Source of the DNA: Catajapyx aquilonaris
Taxonomy: Eukaryota
Assembly: GCA_000934665.2 (NCBI GenBank)
Contig: KZ539334.1
Coordinates: 1-57,381 of the forward strand
DNA: 57,381 nucleotides
Direction: 5' to 3'
Shown: in pieces, positions 14,301 through 28,300 of the stretch
Layout: every line of letters starts with the position of its first letter
How positions within the stretch are numbered: the first letter of the stretch is position 1
The notes under the pieces: model-generated
Seen by the model: only the letters and a program-made list of their open reading frames with translations
Databases searched by the model: none
What the model was told of the DNA's origin: nothing
Program-made: the position numbers and the translations under genes

Positions 14301-17300
14301 CGGTATAATTACATACACTCTCAAATGTTTCGAGTCAAGATTGCAACTCCAAGTGGGAGCTTAGTTTTATTTATATTGAGCTATTTTTGGAAGGAAATGT
14401 AAGAAATTTGTGGTGGAAAAGGGTTATAACGGCCCTCATTTTTGTCATTTTTGACCTAAACACCTAGCAACCATGTAAAAGGCATGGGAAACAGTTCGGT
14501 ACGTATAGGCCTACTCCAAGTTCAGGTATCATGCACGAGACGACCACACGGACTAGATCAAAACCCGCATTTCCTATGATTTGTTAAGAGAATGCAAACT
14601 TAAATTCGCTGTCCTGAACAATTACACTTTTGTGGGTTATCACCTATTTCCACCACACCCCTCAATTGGACTTAAATGTCATGTGAAAATGGCTCAAAAT
14701 TGAATCGGTGATTTTGAAAAGGGCAAGATTCAATGCCCTTTTCATGTGAATATTGCCCTTTTCAAAATCACCGATTCAATTGCGAAGTGCAACAATGCTA
14801 CAATTGGAAAAAGTCTTAAATCCTCATGAAAAGGTACTGAGAAGTGTGTATTGTCGCAACAATATTAATTAATGAGAACTATAATCTAATTGCAATTTCA
14901 TTTAAATGAAAGTAATTAATGTTCAGGCCCTAACGTGCCATAAAATTAATTATATTTTATAAATTCATTACTTCAGAGTTTAAATGTGTTGCTTTTTTGT
15001 CATACACGTTTTAAATAGCAGAAAATACACTTTGTTTCTATGCTATATGCCCGAAACATTCGGAAGAATTATTTCGTAACTAATTTTTGATAAATACTGG
15101 ACTCTTAATTTTGAATCAAACTATTGTGCAAACGGAGCCGAAACCCACATTTTAAAAATATTTAGGATCGTTCCAGGCAACGACAACCATCTTCAAACGC
15201 AACGTGACACTCGCGGGAACCAGAACGAACTCCATTTTTTTTTGTCCACTGGATGTCTTCCCCTGTCACCCAGAGCACAATCGAGGCTGTCACTAACCCA
15301 GAGGTTCATTTCACATTCATTCGAATGGGCCGGTGTGTGTCCCAACAAGACAGTCGGATTACAACGAGCTTGTATTGCGCCCCCTAGACAAGGGTAGAAC
15401 CTGACAGACTCGTAAAAAGAAACCCGGTTGTGATCGTCGGCCTCCTGTATGTCAGAGACCTCATAAAAGAAGGCTTTGATATGGCCCGTGTTTTATTGCG
15501 CTTTTGCACCAAGATTTTCCGGGTTAACTCGGGTCACGTATAAAACAGGTTGAGAGAGAGAGCTCGTAAATTGGTACGACAGGGTGAGTCAAAAAATATT
15601 CACTGGCCTACAGACTGATGAATGCTGTCGGGAGAGATGAATAGAGATTGGAGCTTGAGGTGCACGGGTTCATGGAAACCCAAACATGAATCTGCTCCAA
15701 TATCAACTTTCTCCCAGCGGCTAATTAACCTTTACGGGCATAATCTTGATTTGGCTCCCTGTCAGTTGGCGGAATCATTATTCTTACCTTAGTCCCCCGC
15801 AAAAAGATCTTTCAGCTGCTGCAACACTTCAACGGTTTTTCATGTGGGAGAGATGCCAACGGAGCAATTTAACAAAACGGTGGTAATACATCAAGACTGA
15901 CACCTGCTTACGTTTCTGCCCCCTTCGTACGATTTGGACGACGAGATGTCTGCCAACGCAAATTGAGTTTAGTACAGGACGACCCGAAAAGCGTGCGACC
16001 AAAAATATCTGTCTCGTAATTGAGAACAAACGAGCGATCTCAAGAAATGCGGAACCGTGCCACCGAAAAGTTGCCAATTACTGTCAATTCACCTCTGAAA
16101 GTGTGCCAAGTGGATTAGGAAGAAAAAGGCGGTTGTCGCACGAGTTGAGACTGCAAAGTGTGAACAAAGGGCACAATTCAAATCGAGACGGGTCACAAAT
16201 AGTCACACAAGTGATATATGATACTATTCTATAGTTGTAGGTGTATTTCTAACATTGTTCAAGCAGATGCAAATTTCTTGTTGACAATATTGAACTAAGC
16301 ATTTACCTTTTGTTTTCTTTGTACAATCGAGGTTCGAAGTTAGAATGGAGCTTGAGCAAGTTGGTGTCTCGGCCATATCTCATCAGCCAACCGCTTCCAG
16401 TTTGTTTTCGCTTCGAAAACAAAAACTAAGGGCCGTCCATATATTTTTTTTCGTCTACCCTGTCATGTGGAGGAGGCGGCCATCTTTCCTTTTTGCAATA
16501 GCGAGGAACCGGATGCGGTAAATCGAGTTCTTTGTTCTAAGCCCCCATTTTTGGTGCAGTGCGGGGAAATTTGATAACGAAATGCCAATTAACGGGTCTA
16601 ATGATTATGGCGGTTAGTGATGATGATGAGTCTCGCGAAAGTTGTGGCTTCTATCCCGAAAAGTTGGCTCATCATCCTGGCAATATGAAAGGCAGCCACC
16701 CCCTCCCCCCCCCCTTCCTAGAAAGAGCTCTTTCCACTCCAAAACTTTTTCTTCTAGAAAAAAGGGGGGACTCCAGCTGATCAAACAACAGCTTTTGGCC
16801 CGAAGGAACGGGAAATAAGCCGAGGATGGCGGTAATGAATTTCCAGGTGACACCAAGGCAAGGAAAAGCGGTCGCACCAGTTAATTATTCTTAAAGGCAA
16901 ACAAACGGGAGCAGACAGGAAATTAGGCTACTTCCTCCAAAAGTTTGCGGATTTATTGTGCACAATATGCCGACAAAAGGAAAGCCCAATTGATTAAAGA
17001 TTGATTGCCGATATAATCAAGGGGTGATTTACTGACTGTTCGTATAGTAAATTGGGGGTAAATAATTTGATTCAGGAGAAATCCGCCATTTGGCTGCTTT
17101 GATTTATTTGCACCATCTATTGCCTGGTTTACTCATAAGGAGGCCAGCAATCCAGGATTTTCTCTCTTCACTAGCATCCAACAGGCCAAATCATTACTTT
17201 GGATTATCTCGAGAATTTTTCCTGCATGCCCACAATATATTACTGCACGTTGTCACCTGTTTATCTATAGCTGCATACGTAATGGCGTGTCTCTAAACGC

Positions 17301-19340
17301 CCTTTTTGTCCAGTCCACTCCACTGTCAAGAGGTTTAGAGGAATGGAAAATAAATGACTAGGCAGCTTCGTTCGTAAACATTTCCTTTATCATAACGTCC
17401 AAAGAAATTGTAGTGCCATCACCTGCTCCTGACTGAAAAGAACCTTTCTTATGCCGGAACCAAACCAAGTGACTAAGCATTTGAGGGCGCCAACACACGT
17501 GTGTATGAATATATCGTAGAGAAAAAAAAAAATCCACAAAATGGCCAAATAACCCCATCCTTGGAATAATAGGATCCCGATCTAACGATAGGGGAAGTCT
17601 TCCTTTACCTAAATCCCTTCCGAGTGTGAAAAGCTTCATTCTCACCGTTATTGATTCAGAGTATGAAGCGGCCCGACTCAGTATTCCATTAAAAGCAGCC
17701 GCCTATTAGTCATGCTTTTGCAACCTTCCTCCCCAGCCATCATGCAAGAGGAGGCAAAAGGGAAGCTTTGGCTTGCCCACTCCTACATATTCATTAGGCC
17801 CGTGGGAAAGAGACACGTGACGAGCACAGCACTTCAGGAGAGAGAGAGGTATAGCCAAACTGGAGGAATTTCCAGGGGATTTGGAAATGCAATGGATGGT
17901 GGGGGGACAGAGTGGCAAGTTTCTGGGCAAACAACAAAAAAATGCAATATACTGTACAACTCTGTAAAAATGGCTCAACATATTCATTTGTATGGCCAAT
18001 ATGACGTGCTGTTCTAAAAGAAAATCTATTACTGTTATTAGTAATAATTTGGGCCCCCTCCCTTAGTAATAGTAATCTGACTATAGTCAATGCAAAAACA
18101 AACCTGTTCAAAATTTTGCCCCAGGGACTCCTACATTGTTGTATTACAGTTCTGTTACAGCGCCCCATACATATTTAAAGGTGGTATGAGACACATGCAC
18201 ATATTGGAGACTCTCTCGATACCTTTTCCCCCCCCCTTAGCTGTCGAGGGCGTTCCTAATGCCCCCAAAACTTTTCCCTCTACCCGCTCGTTACTTCGCA
18301 AGCTTGCATTTCCATTCGCATGCAAAGCTTCTATAATTACACCCTTGGCTCCCTGACTATTACAGAACCCTGGCGCCTCGTCCAATGCGGACGCTACACC
18401 GACGCCTATAGCACGGAAAGGGGTTCCGGGGGGGGGNGGCAACTCTTAGGTTCCCTGACCCATTGCAGGCGCCATGATCGAGTCAAAACCACTGCGAGGG
18501 GATATACTGACCTAGCGCGTGGCTGACCCGCCCACAACAATCCTGGGCAACCTCGAAATGAGTCCGGCTCGTACTGAAAACGCAAACGTCAGATAATAGA
18601 GACGCTTCGGCCGACTTATTATTCCGGCCACTTTTAAGCGTGTTGTTGGAAACCGCGGTTACCAGGGGGCAGGAAATATTACCGTGGGCACGCGAGCGAT
18701 ATAGATTATGCAGGTGGCAGGCAACGATTTCTAATGAACCACGGACGTCTCCGCCCCAACAAAGACTGTTCTGTTGCACCCTGTCTCGCGAAGGGGTTGC
18801 TTACTTCAACTGCCCGTGGTTTCAAGATGGCCACGTTTTTAGGCCTAGCCCCGGAGGGTTGAACACGCGCCGGGTCGCGGTGATTTATTGCGGTCTTTTC
18901 CGTCCTTTCCTGGAGGTGACAAGAGGGGTCGAGTAAGTTCATCAAGGAGGAGAGAGGGGGAGATCGGCATGGACCATTGTTTCTAGGCCTTTCTTCTTCC
19001 AGCATGTTTGATGACGCCCATTTCCCACTCCGGTTCCCTTTGGAGACTCGGCATCGGACACACCCATCATTTTCTCACCCTTCGGTGCATTCGATTACAT
19101 CCCCTGATTATGTCCTCCGGCATACGATTTAAATTATTAATCAGTCCGACTTTGCATTAGGCAGGGTCTCCCCCTTCTAGTGGTCTTAATAACTCGGCAC
19201 CTGCTACAGGCTGGCAAAAGTGCAAAGTCATTCTAATGAACCAGCTGCAATTTCCCCAGTCACCCACTTCAGGTCTCTATGTTTGCCTGGGCTCGAAATG
19301 TTCCGAAGTGAAGAGTGTTGCGAAAGAAGTGGAGTTCAAG

Positions 19341-19399
<59 letters not shown>

Positions 19400-22300
19400 N
19401 NNNNNNNNNNNNNNNNNNNNNNNNNNNNNNNNNNNNNNNNNNNNNNNNNNNNNNNNNNNNNNNNNNNNNNNNNNNNNNNNNNNNNNNNNNNNNNNNNNNN
19501 NNNNNNNNNNNNNNNNNNNNNNNNNNNNNNNNNNNNNNNNNNNNNNNNNNNNNNNNNNNNNNNNNNNGGGGGACACGTTTTGGCGAGACGATTGAAAAAA
19601 AAAGAAATATCTGGAGGTTTGGCTTTGGGGTATGTGGGTGCCAATGAGCTTACAAAAGTGGCGCGTGCAAGACTTCTAGCTAAAGGCTGCAAATGGGGCT
19701 GGGGGTTTGCTTGACGTTGATGGATGGAAGGGAATCTGATTACTTTCGCGATACTAATTTATTCTTTTATAATAGAATTTTGGGCCATGTCCGCCATCAT
19801 CGTACTTGAAATGGTAATTTTTGGGTATATGCGTTGGGTACGGATCAAGAGAGATTCTGCTATGGTTAGGGGTTCTGATCACTACAATGTATCCATCCCC
19901 CTGACTGCTGTTCCTATGATGAAAGCATATGGAACTATTTTAGGCGCCATGCAACGTCCCCCTAAGGCGGAGAGATATTTATAAAGGTTTCAAGTTAGAG
20001 TGATTGGAGTAGAGTTTATACAACCAGGCTGCTGGTCACTGCCAGCCAACCGTGACTTCGTTGTGTATTCAACTCTGAAAGTCAGTTTTTGTGGGTTGTA
20101 GCGAGGGTTGGTTGTAGTAAACTTTAGGCCCTCTGGCCGAGAAAAGGTGTTGACCGAGTGACTTTAATATTAAAGTGGATCATGGAAATCATGAATTCTG
20201 GTTGGCGTCAGTTTAATGAATTTAAATGCGATTGTAATTTTATATTAGTCACATTAAGAGATGCTGGGTCATGATCAAAAGTTGGGTTTCGAATCGCCCA
20301 GAGGGGGGAAAGTTCTTAATTTGATTTGCATTACGGGGATAGACCTGAAAGAGTTGTTCAAACAAAATTATGACGATGTAAACATACTGTAATCTTATCG
20401 GTGCATTCGACTTATGTTTTTTTGTGACTCATAATATCCCTATACATGCATGCAAAAAACAAGTATAACATCGGGGAAGTGGGTCGACCACGAGTCACTG
20501 AAGTTCCTCAGACGTTTGACACTTGTCTTTTGATTGCAGTTTATGAGTAATAACCGGCACATACAACACGCACATTGTGAAGCATTTATTTGCCAGAAAA
20601 TCCTTATTATGATGCAATAGGGTCGCCAAGTCGTTCAGCGTTTATTGTCGAGATAGACCATACAGCCATGTGGAGAATTGCCCCATCTGGTTGGATTTTT
20701 AAAAAAGGATATCCCATTGAGTGTGCAATACCAACTTACAAACTTATAAACGCAGAACTGTTTTTGACACCACCCGAGGTAAACTTTGGCAACATGTGTT
20801 CCAGCCACGAGCCTCTGGTTATGCCTCTGACTCCAAAGTAATCAACTCTGTAGGTATAGCAACCTTCCCCCTCCCAATAACTCCCATTATAACTTGTACC
20901 GAATTATGTAAGGTAATAGACTAATGGGCCCCCCTCTTCCGTAAAATGAAGAGTCAACGAGGGAGTAACACCCGTAAACAAGGAATGAGTTTAATCGCCA
21001 TGGACCACGTGCAAGACATCACTCTCCGGCCTTTTACGACAGTCGTAAAAGTCCTCGTAATTAGCTTCCGCACTCGCAACTGAAACTGACTTACGCCCAT
21101 ATGACTACCGTATACTCGAGAGTATTGGTAGGGGGAAAAGGATGAAGTCATCCATCCGGAACATTTTTGGGGAGACCAAAGATTCGCCATATCCAGAAGT
21201 CCAGAGTCAGCAAGACTCTAGGTGGGAAAATTTATTATTCACTTTCCAGACCCCGTTCCAGTTATGAGCAGCCCCTCCACAAAAAAAAAACTGGAAATTC
21301 ATGTCCGCTGCTAAGAAATTCCGGTCTATTTCTGGGAGAAACTAAGTGTTGACGTGCGGTTATCCCCTGATAGGGATCCATGCATATTAAGAAGCGGCAT
21401 ACACACCAGTAGTCAGTGGGATCCATTTTCTGCACGTCCCTTAAGGCCGCACGTGTCTCTGTCTCGATTATTTATGCACCCAGCTTCCACCGATGACAAA
21501 TCTAATTAGCCTCTAATTACGACCTGAAGGCTGCGTCTTGTATATTGTCAAGAACTAGCCGTAAATTTTTAGGTTTTTTTAAAAAACTCTAAAAAGTAGA
21601 AAATCAAGTCTTATATATATAAAAAACGGGGTAATATTCCGGGCTACAAGGCCTTTTCTAACCCGAATTATTTACTCATGGGCGGCTGGGGGTAATTGCA
21701 GGCTTTCCGGGGAGAAGGATTGAAAGGAAAATTGTTGCGGATTGATCGGCACTAATCAGACATTTCCTCGTTGAAGCTGTCATCGGCCTATCTCAAACCC
21801 ATGGGAAAATTGCGGCAAAAGCGTGGCTCCGTGCAAGCTGGAGCCTAGAAAAGAAGCTTAGGGGGGGAAAAATATTTCTTGTCGTCAACTGGCTGGCAAA
21901 CTAGCTTTCACTCAGTCAAAAACTAGAATGAAGACCATTCGCGCCGAGTTAATCCAGCGTCTTATTTAGGCGACCTGACTGTGAAGAAAATCATCACGAC
22001 TTTTTAAGGCCTCTTGATGGATTTGCTTGGCGTGACCTCCCGTGGTTTCGAGCAGGTTGCACCTCTTACCTGGCGCCGCTCACTTTGGCCTTTTTTTGTA
22101 CTATGTGCCCACGATATATTTTTTTTAGAAACTTTCGCCCACCCGCTCCAAATATGACTGGTTCAAAGCACTTGTGATTGTAACAAATTGCTAAGAGTAT
22201 ATTTGATTTTGTAGTGGAAAGAACAGCAACTAATATAATTTTAATTAAAATTTAATTTTGAATTTTAATTTTAGTAACTGAAATAGTCTACAGATTTTAA

Positions 22301-25300
22301 CATGGAGTCAAGTACGGATAACCTGTTTGGAACAATAATATAAAACTTGGAATTGAATATTGGTTTATAACTTGGAGTCAATATCTGCAACACTGGAATC
22401 AACCACACGTGGTTGATTCCAGTGTTGTACACCCTGTACAATTATCTGTGGCATAATTGACCATTTTATTGAATATTATATAGTATGAAACTGTAGGCAA
22501 CGTTCGGTAGTATAGTTGTTGACCTAAAAAAAAACAGCACTTGTTCTACCCCCTAGTTTATCTGTTTACTTACAAGCATGAGCCATGTCGACCCCATCAT
22601 TCTGGCCCGTTTCAACCAGTGATTTAATTAAATGAGCTACTTATCAGAAGGGGCTTATTGACCATAATTAGACAGAATTCTCAGCCAAGACACTGGGATG
22701 CACACGCGAGCCGCAGCCATTTCGTGACGGCAACCAGAATGAATTCAAAGAGAATCTCGAAGGGAAAACAAATAGACTGCAGGGTGGAAATCCGAATAAA
22801 AAATATATATGGGGGGGAGAGGCGGGTTATTCACGTATGAGTCACCCACATGGGAGGTCCTCGCGTGACCCAGCTGGCCCAAATGTAGGGGGGGGGGGGG
22901 AATGGTAGTATACAAAAGGTAGACATTGATTGGCAATTTTGTAGCCATAAAAATGCTTCAGGTACATCCAATCGCGGGTGTAGCTACATGCCCTTTAACT
23001 GTTCCAACCATGCGTTCCCAATGGTCAGTCAGGTCAACTGCCTAAGACTTGGTAGTGCTGAGCTAATTTTATTGTTACCGGTCGTCAGCCGCATAACTTG
23101 GCGTCGACATTCGAGGCCGAAAACGCGACGTGAGGTCAAAGCTATCCCTGTCTGGATATGACACGAAAGCTAAGGGAGTTACACAAAAGAGGCTCCTATC
23201 TTGCTCGCATTGTACACGTATCGCCGAGAGGGCATCGATGAGGTAATTGGGCCTGGCATGAGACTGGCATGTCACGACATCTTTGCTGAGGGCTGGGGGA
23301 GAGAGATTGCACCCCTTATCGTGCTTCTGGTGGCGCCTGTCCTTTGAACTGGCGCCCCCTTTTACCATGGCAGGAGCCACATTAACTACTTAACTAATCA
23401 AGAGCCAATTATGAGGAATTGACCAAAATGGTTTCCCTTGCAGGTCTCCAAGCTGAGCTCTTCTACGTCAGGGAAGGAGTTATCAACGAGTATGCCATGA
23501 ACTTCGTGGTGCCCATTCCAGCTCCTATCAACGAACTGCACTTCTCCTGGCAGGCGCTTAGTAAAAAACCTGTAAGTGCAGGCCTGTCTGCCCTGGACAC
23601 CATCGCTTATCCTTGAAGCGCGCAAGTCATCCATTGCATTCTGCTAAATCCCCATCATTACTCGACTTGTTTACTCTGTCATCGCCCTGACCCCGCCAGA
23701 TAACTAGGATCAAGGAGAAAACGTGGTCTGACTGACTGATTGAAAATAGCGACCAGGCCTCGCCCTTATTGTGTGCAAACTGGCTCGACTTTGCAATTCA
23801 AATGTCGCGGAAGAGAATCACACCTATGTCGCCATATCGACAGGCCAGGGTGGTCCCCTCCAAACTCGGTATGCGCAAATGCGTAACATCATGCATTGAT
23901 ATGCATTTTATTACACACTTTTGTCAATAATGTGCTTTATTGTTAGGTCTACTAATTTTGATAAGTTTATATAAATAAACAATGTTGCGACTAATTGTTA
24001 GGTAAACAACAACAATGAAACACAAACTTGGATACAATCCGTCTACACAGTTTTACGCTTGTTTTTTTGTACCAAGTGTGTAATAATACACATACCAAGT
24101 GTGTCCGGCGGCGACGACGCCACCATCTGTCGGTGGGCAGGAAGCGGAATGCTCATAAAACCAGAAGGACCCCGCCATTCCCGGTCTGGTTATTTCGAGT
24201 GGCACAAGTGGAATGAGCTGGCAGTCATTTTCCCCGCCGCAGGCCTAAATATTATTATCGGCTTGCATCCTCAAGTCGTAAAGGCGTCCCTTGCCATCAG
24301 GAGGCATTTCTGTGGCAGTTGCGGCTATACATCTCGGGCTTGGCAAATTTGCATTCAACTAGGTCTGCAAGTTTTCGAGCTTGAGGGGGGGGGGGTTCAA
24401 ACATGGCGACTGTAAACAATGCATATGACTGGATTATATTCCCTGGAAGTGTTGGCAGCTCGAGTCGAGCCGCAGGGAGAAACTTTCCGGGCTCTGAAAG
24501 GTGCCGACACCATTCCCCCTAAGATGAAACTATCCGAGATGCGCATTGCGACGCCTACTGGGTTGTTGAAAGGTTTCCCTCGAGAGATTCCAGAGATCCT
24601 CAGCAGCCTGCATTTTGTCACTTGACGCTCCAGCTTTTATGTACCATCTTCCATGACCCGGGTTAAAGTGGATGACCTAATCTGTTTGCTGACCGAGGAA
24701 AAGGGAGGGGGGGGGGGACCACCCATTGGGTATGTAACTGTGGGAACTTTGTGACAAGCGGTGCGTCCAAAATGGCGGTTGTGGGCTAGATTTAGCATGA
24801 CAAAAGAGGAGGACACTAAATATAAACCGTCCTCAGCGGTAGGTCAGTCTATTGAAGGGCGTGCGAACCGGGTTGTATTTATCTTTCTCATTGCCCGTTC
24901 ACTTTTGACCCTGGTCGATTTTCAATTTGGAACAATCCGGAAATGGGAAGTCTGAATGGTGTTTTTTTCCTCCTCCGTCAGTATTATTGCTGCACAAGTC
25001 CTTGCCTCTTGGAGCGTAAAGAATGATAAGAAAAGCCACAGAGTTGGGCATATCCCAAAAAAAGTCCTTGGAAGAAGTGTGCTGGGGACAGGAAGATGGC
25101 CGGTGTAAAAAAAAAAAGGCGGAGAACTATCGCGCCCTATTATCCATGACCCCATTGACGTCCTTGTAGATCCGGCTGTCACTCACTATAGCCGCGTCAT
25201 TTCCAGCCATAAATCACGGGGTCCGAGCACAAGTAACCTGATTGCTGCAGGATGGAGAGGAACTGTTCCCGTCCGTGGTCAGCTTGAAGAAATACGACCC

Positions 25301-28300
25301 GACCCTATGGACATCCCTCACTAAACGCAACCATTAGTGTCCTTCTCGGGGTTCCCTTTTTCTTGGTGGTGGGGGAAACGGGATATTTGGGCCCCTCGGT
25401 GTTGGGGATCTGATAAGACTTTTCCTGGCGTCGAGGACCCCCCTCCCTAGGATCCGACCTCTTTTGCTGACTTTGGAAAGTCGTAAAGCGGTCTGTTAGT
25501 TTTACCCACTAATGAGATGCGCTCAATTACTCCAGTACTGATTGATCATTCCGTAAGTGTCGCACAATCCTGAGGGAACCTGGCAACCGTGGTATATCCG
25601 GAAGACTCCACAAAGTTTCAAGACTCCGCTTTGGAAACAGATTTAATGGTACTCGTAAACTCCGTTTTCCCTCGGCCTTGGAACTTGTACGGCCGTTCAA
25701 ATGGTCGTCTCTCTGAGCGCCAACAAGCAATGAAACGTGCCTTCATGGCCCTTACATATTCAGGTGGCTGGAATCCTACCCAGGGCTTTACTAGGGCTTT
25801 CTTCTACCCGGCGGGACGTCCATCCAGACTGAAATCCCTGGGCTGGACACGACGCTGTCCACAGGTAGCAGCTCATGCCTGATGCTTATCTGGCGCGACA
25901 CACTGCGACACGACACGCCCACGTATTCTATAAATCTGGTCCCCCCCCCGGCTGGGTGTAGTGATAGCTGGGAACAAGGGCTATAGATTCGGCGGGAGAT
26001 GGGGCGGCTAGATTGGCTGGGTTGACACCTTTGGCGACGACAGAGATGTGGAGTCGTCGACGAGCTGGGGGGAAAAGAATGGGGGGGGGGGGGGGGGGGT
26101 AAAAAAATTCCGGTCGAGAGTTTTCTAGCCTGTAATGAGCAGGGGACCCTGAAGTCACAATCTGGTTTGGGGCAATTATCTCCACTTGGTCTCGTTATAA
26201 CTCTTCCCTGAAATGTGAAAGACACTGAGGTTAAGGGGCCCAATTCTAGGAGATGTCACCCGTAATGAGGACGTAGACGCGCTTGATGTATACATTTCTA
26301 GCCTCGAATATGTACAGGGGGTCTCAAGCGAGTTGACGTAGTACCGTACACTCCTGCTAGAAATGTGACAAGGGCTAGTACATTCTTAGTCAATATGAAC
26401 AAATACTGTGGTTTACCTTTGATAAGGTCTAACACTGCATTATTCATGTTCCGACGTGGAATGCAAAAAATGTTATAGGCTTGCAGATGAGACACTATCA
26501 TTAATCTCATTATTTATAATAAATAGTTATTAAATTTTTGCTGGGATAAAATGAAAAAACACATATAAGAACATGATGTGATTGTGAAATATTTAAGTCA
26601 TTGTCTACAAATATAGAATGTAAAACTGACTGTGAGCCTATTTACTACCTTGTATACAAAGACGGTAAATGCTAAAGATGTATAGCCTTTGTTTTGAGAT
26701 GATTTGGCAGCATTTATGAATGTCTAGCTACCCTAGCGGTGCAAAGGGGCGATTAATCTTAGGTGGGCTTGGGAGTGTGGAGTATATCATTCCGACGTTG
26801 GCAAATTATATGGCGCCGTCTCTAGCCGCGCGCGAAACCAGCTCCCAATCGCATTCATAACTTGATGGATCCGGTGATTTACAGAGAATGATCCAGGATT
26901 AACGACTCACGCAGCCTTGGATTTACGCTGCTTCTCGACCGGAATTCTAATTGGAAAATTTTCATCCCCGTCATCCCCACTAAAGTGTGGCCTCCCTTCT
27001 TCTTCCCCATTTTTTTCTGGGACAGATCCCGTACATAACAAGTCTGGAGGTGTCTAACAAGGAGGCGCTTCCGGAACCGCAGCTCAACATTTCCCGGACA
27101 GGCGTGGTACCCACCCAGCTGCAAACTTTCCGAGTCCTCCTGGGCTGCAGTGGTGCCGTGAGTGCTGAGGTGGACGTGGTTCTGTCCATCAATGTCACGC
27201 TGCCACACGCCGTCAACTCCACTCCGCTCATTTTCCGGAGGAAGAAGATCTGCCTGATGGGTCACCACTCCCCAACCCTCAACAGCGCCGTGATGGTGAA
27301 TGCGCCAGTTAGGGCGTCGCCAAACGTCTTCTACATCGCGGTTGGGTGTGCATCCGGACTTCTTCTGCTTCTCATCCTCATCCTGGCAGCCTTGTACCTG
27401 CGCAACAGGAAGACAAGACGCCAGGGAGAAATACTTCAGTATGTGTCACGTTTTGTTCTACTTGTATATAGGACCGTGAATGGGTCATGTAACCAACAGA
27501 TGTAGACCAAGAAGTCCAGTGCTGACCTTTTAATGCTTTATTTCTTGTAGTGATTCGAGAAATGGCTCGGCCACTAGTCAAGCAGGGCATACGTTCCTGG
27601 GTGCCGAAGCCTCCAACCACTACACCTCTGTTTCATCCAGTAAGTCCGGGTCTGGCTCCGGAAGCTATGCTAGCTTCAAGCGACTGCCCTCTTACCACGT
27701 CAGCCAATGCACGTTGGATGACAAAGCCCGGGACATCAACGACACTATCGCCGAACTTACCATCGAAAGGTACAGATTGTTTCATAATAATTTAGAGTTT
27801 GTCATATGGTCTCCGCAGCCTGGGCGCCTGAATGATAATATCCTGGCAGGTATGCGTTCCTCCGCACGTCTTTCCTTCTGTAGCATTGTAGGTGTACCGG
27901 TAACCGTGCAATTTATAAAGTCTTGATAGCATCAGAAGGGTAAATATTTGTATACGTTGACAGTTTTCTCATGGGTAAGTTACCTTCGCAGTCCAGATCG
28001 CCTGTCATGGGCCGGATCCGCGGCATAGGATCTTGGCAAATTATCTTGTAACAAGGCTTCGGAAACCAAATGACACCTCTACATAACATGATCCTTTGAT
28101 TCTCAGGAATTTAATCGAGAAGTATGAATAACATACATAATCCTTTCCACTCCTGTTCATTCCAGGTGCAAGGTCCGACTGAAAAGCATGATCCATGAGG
28201 GCACCTTCGGGCGCGTGTACCGCGGCACCTTCCTGGACGACAGCGTCGAACTGGACGTCATGGTGAAGACCGTCACAGGTAATGAAGCCTGCACCCTCCG

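Noticed and set aside
19220..19714. Long ORFs with SL/ER repeats and X runs
   Set aside because: Artefacts of the (CT)n microsatellite and the N gap.
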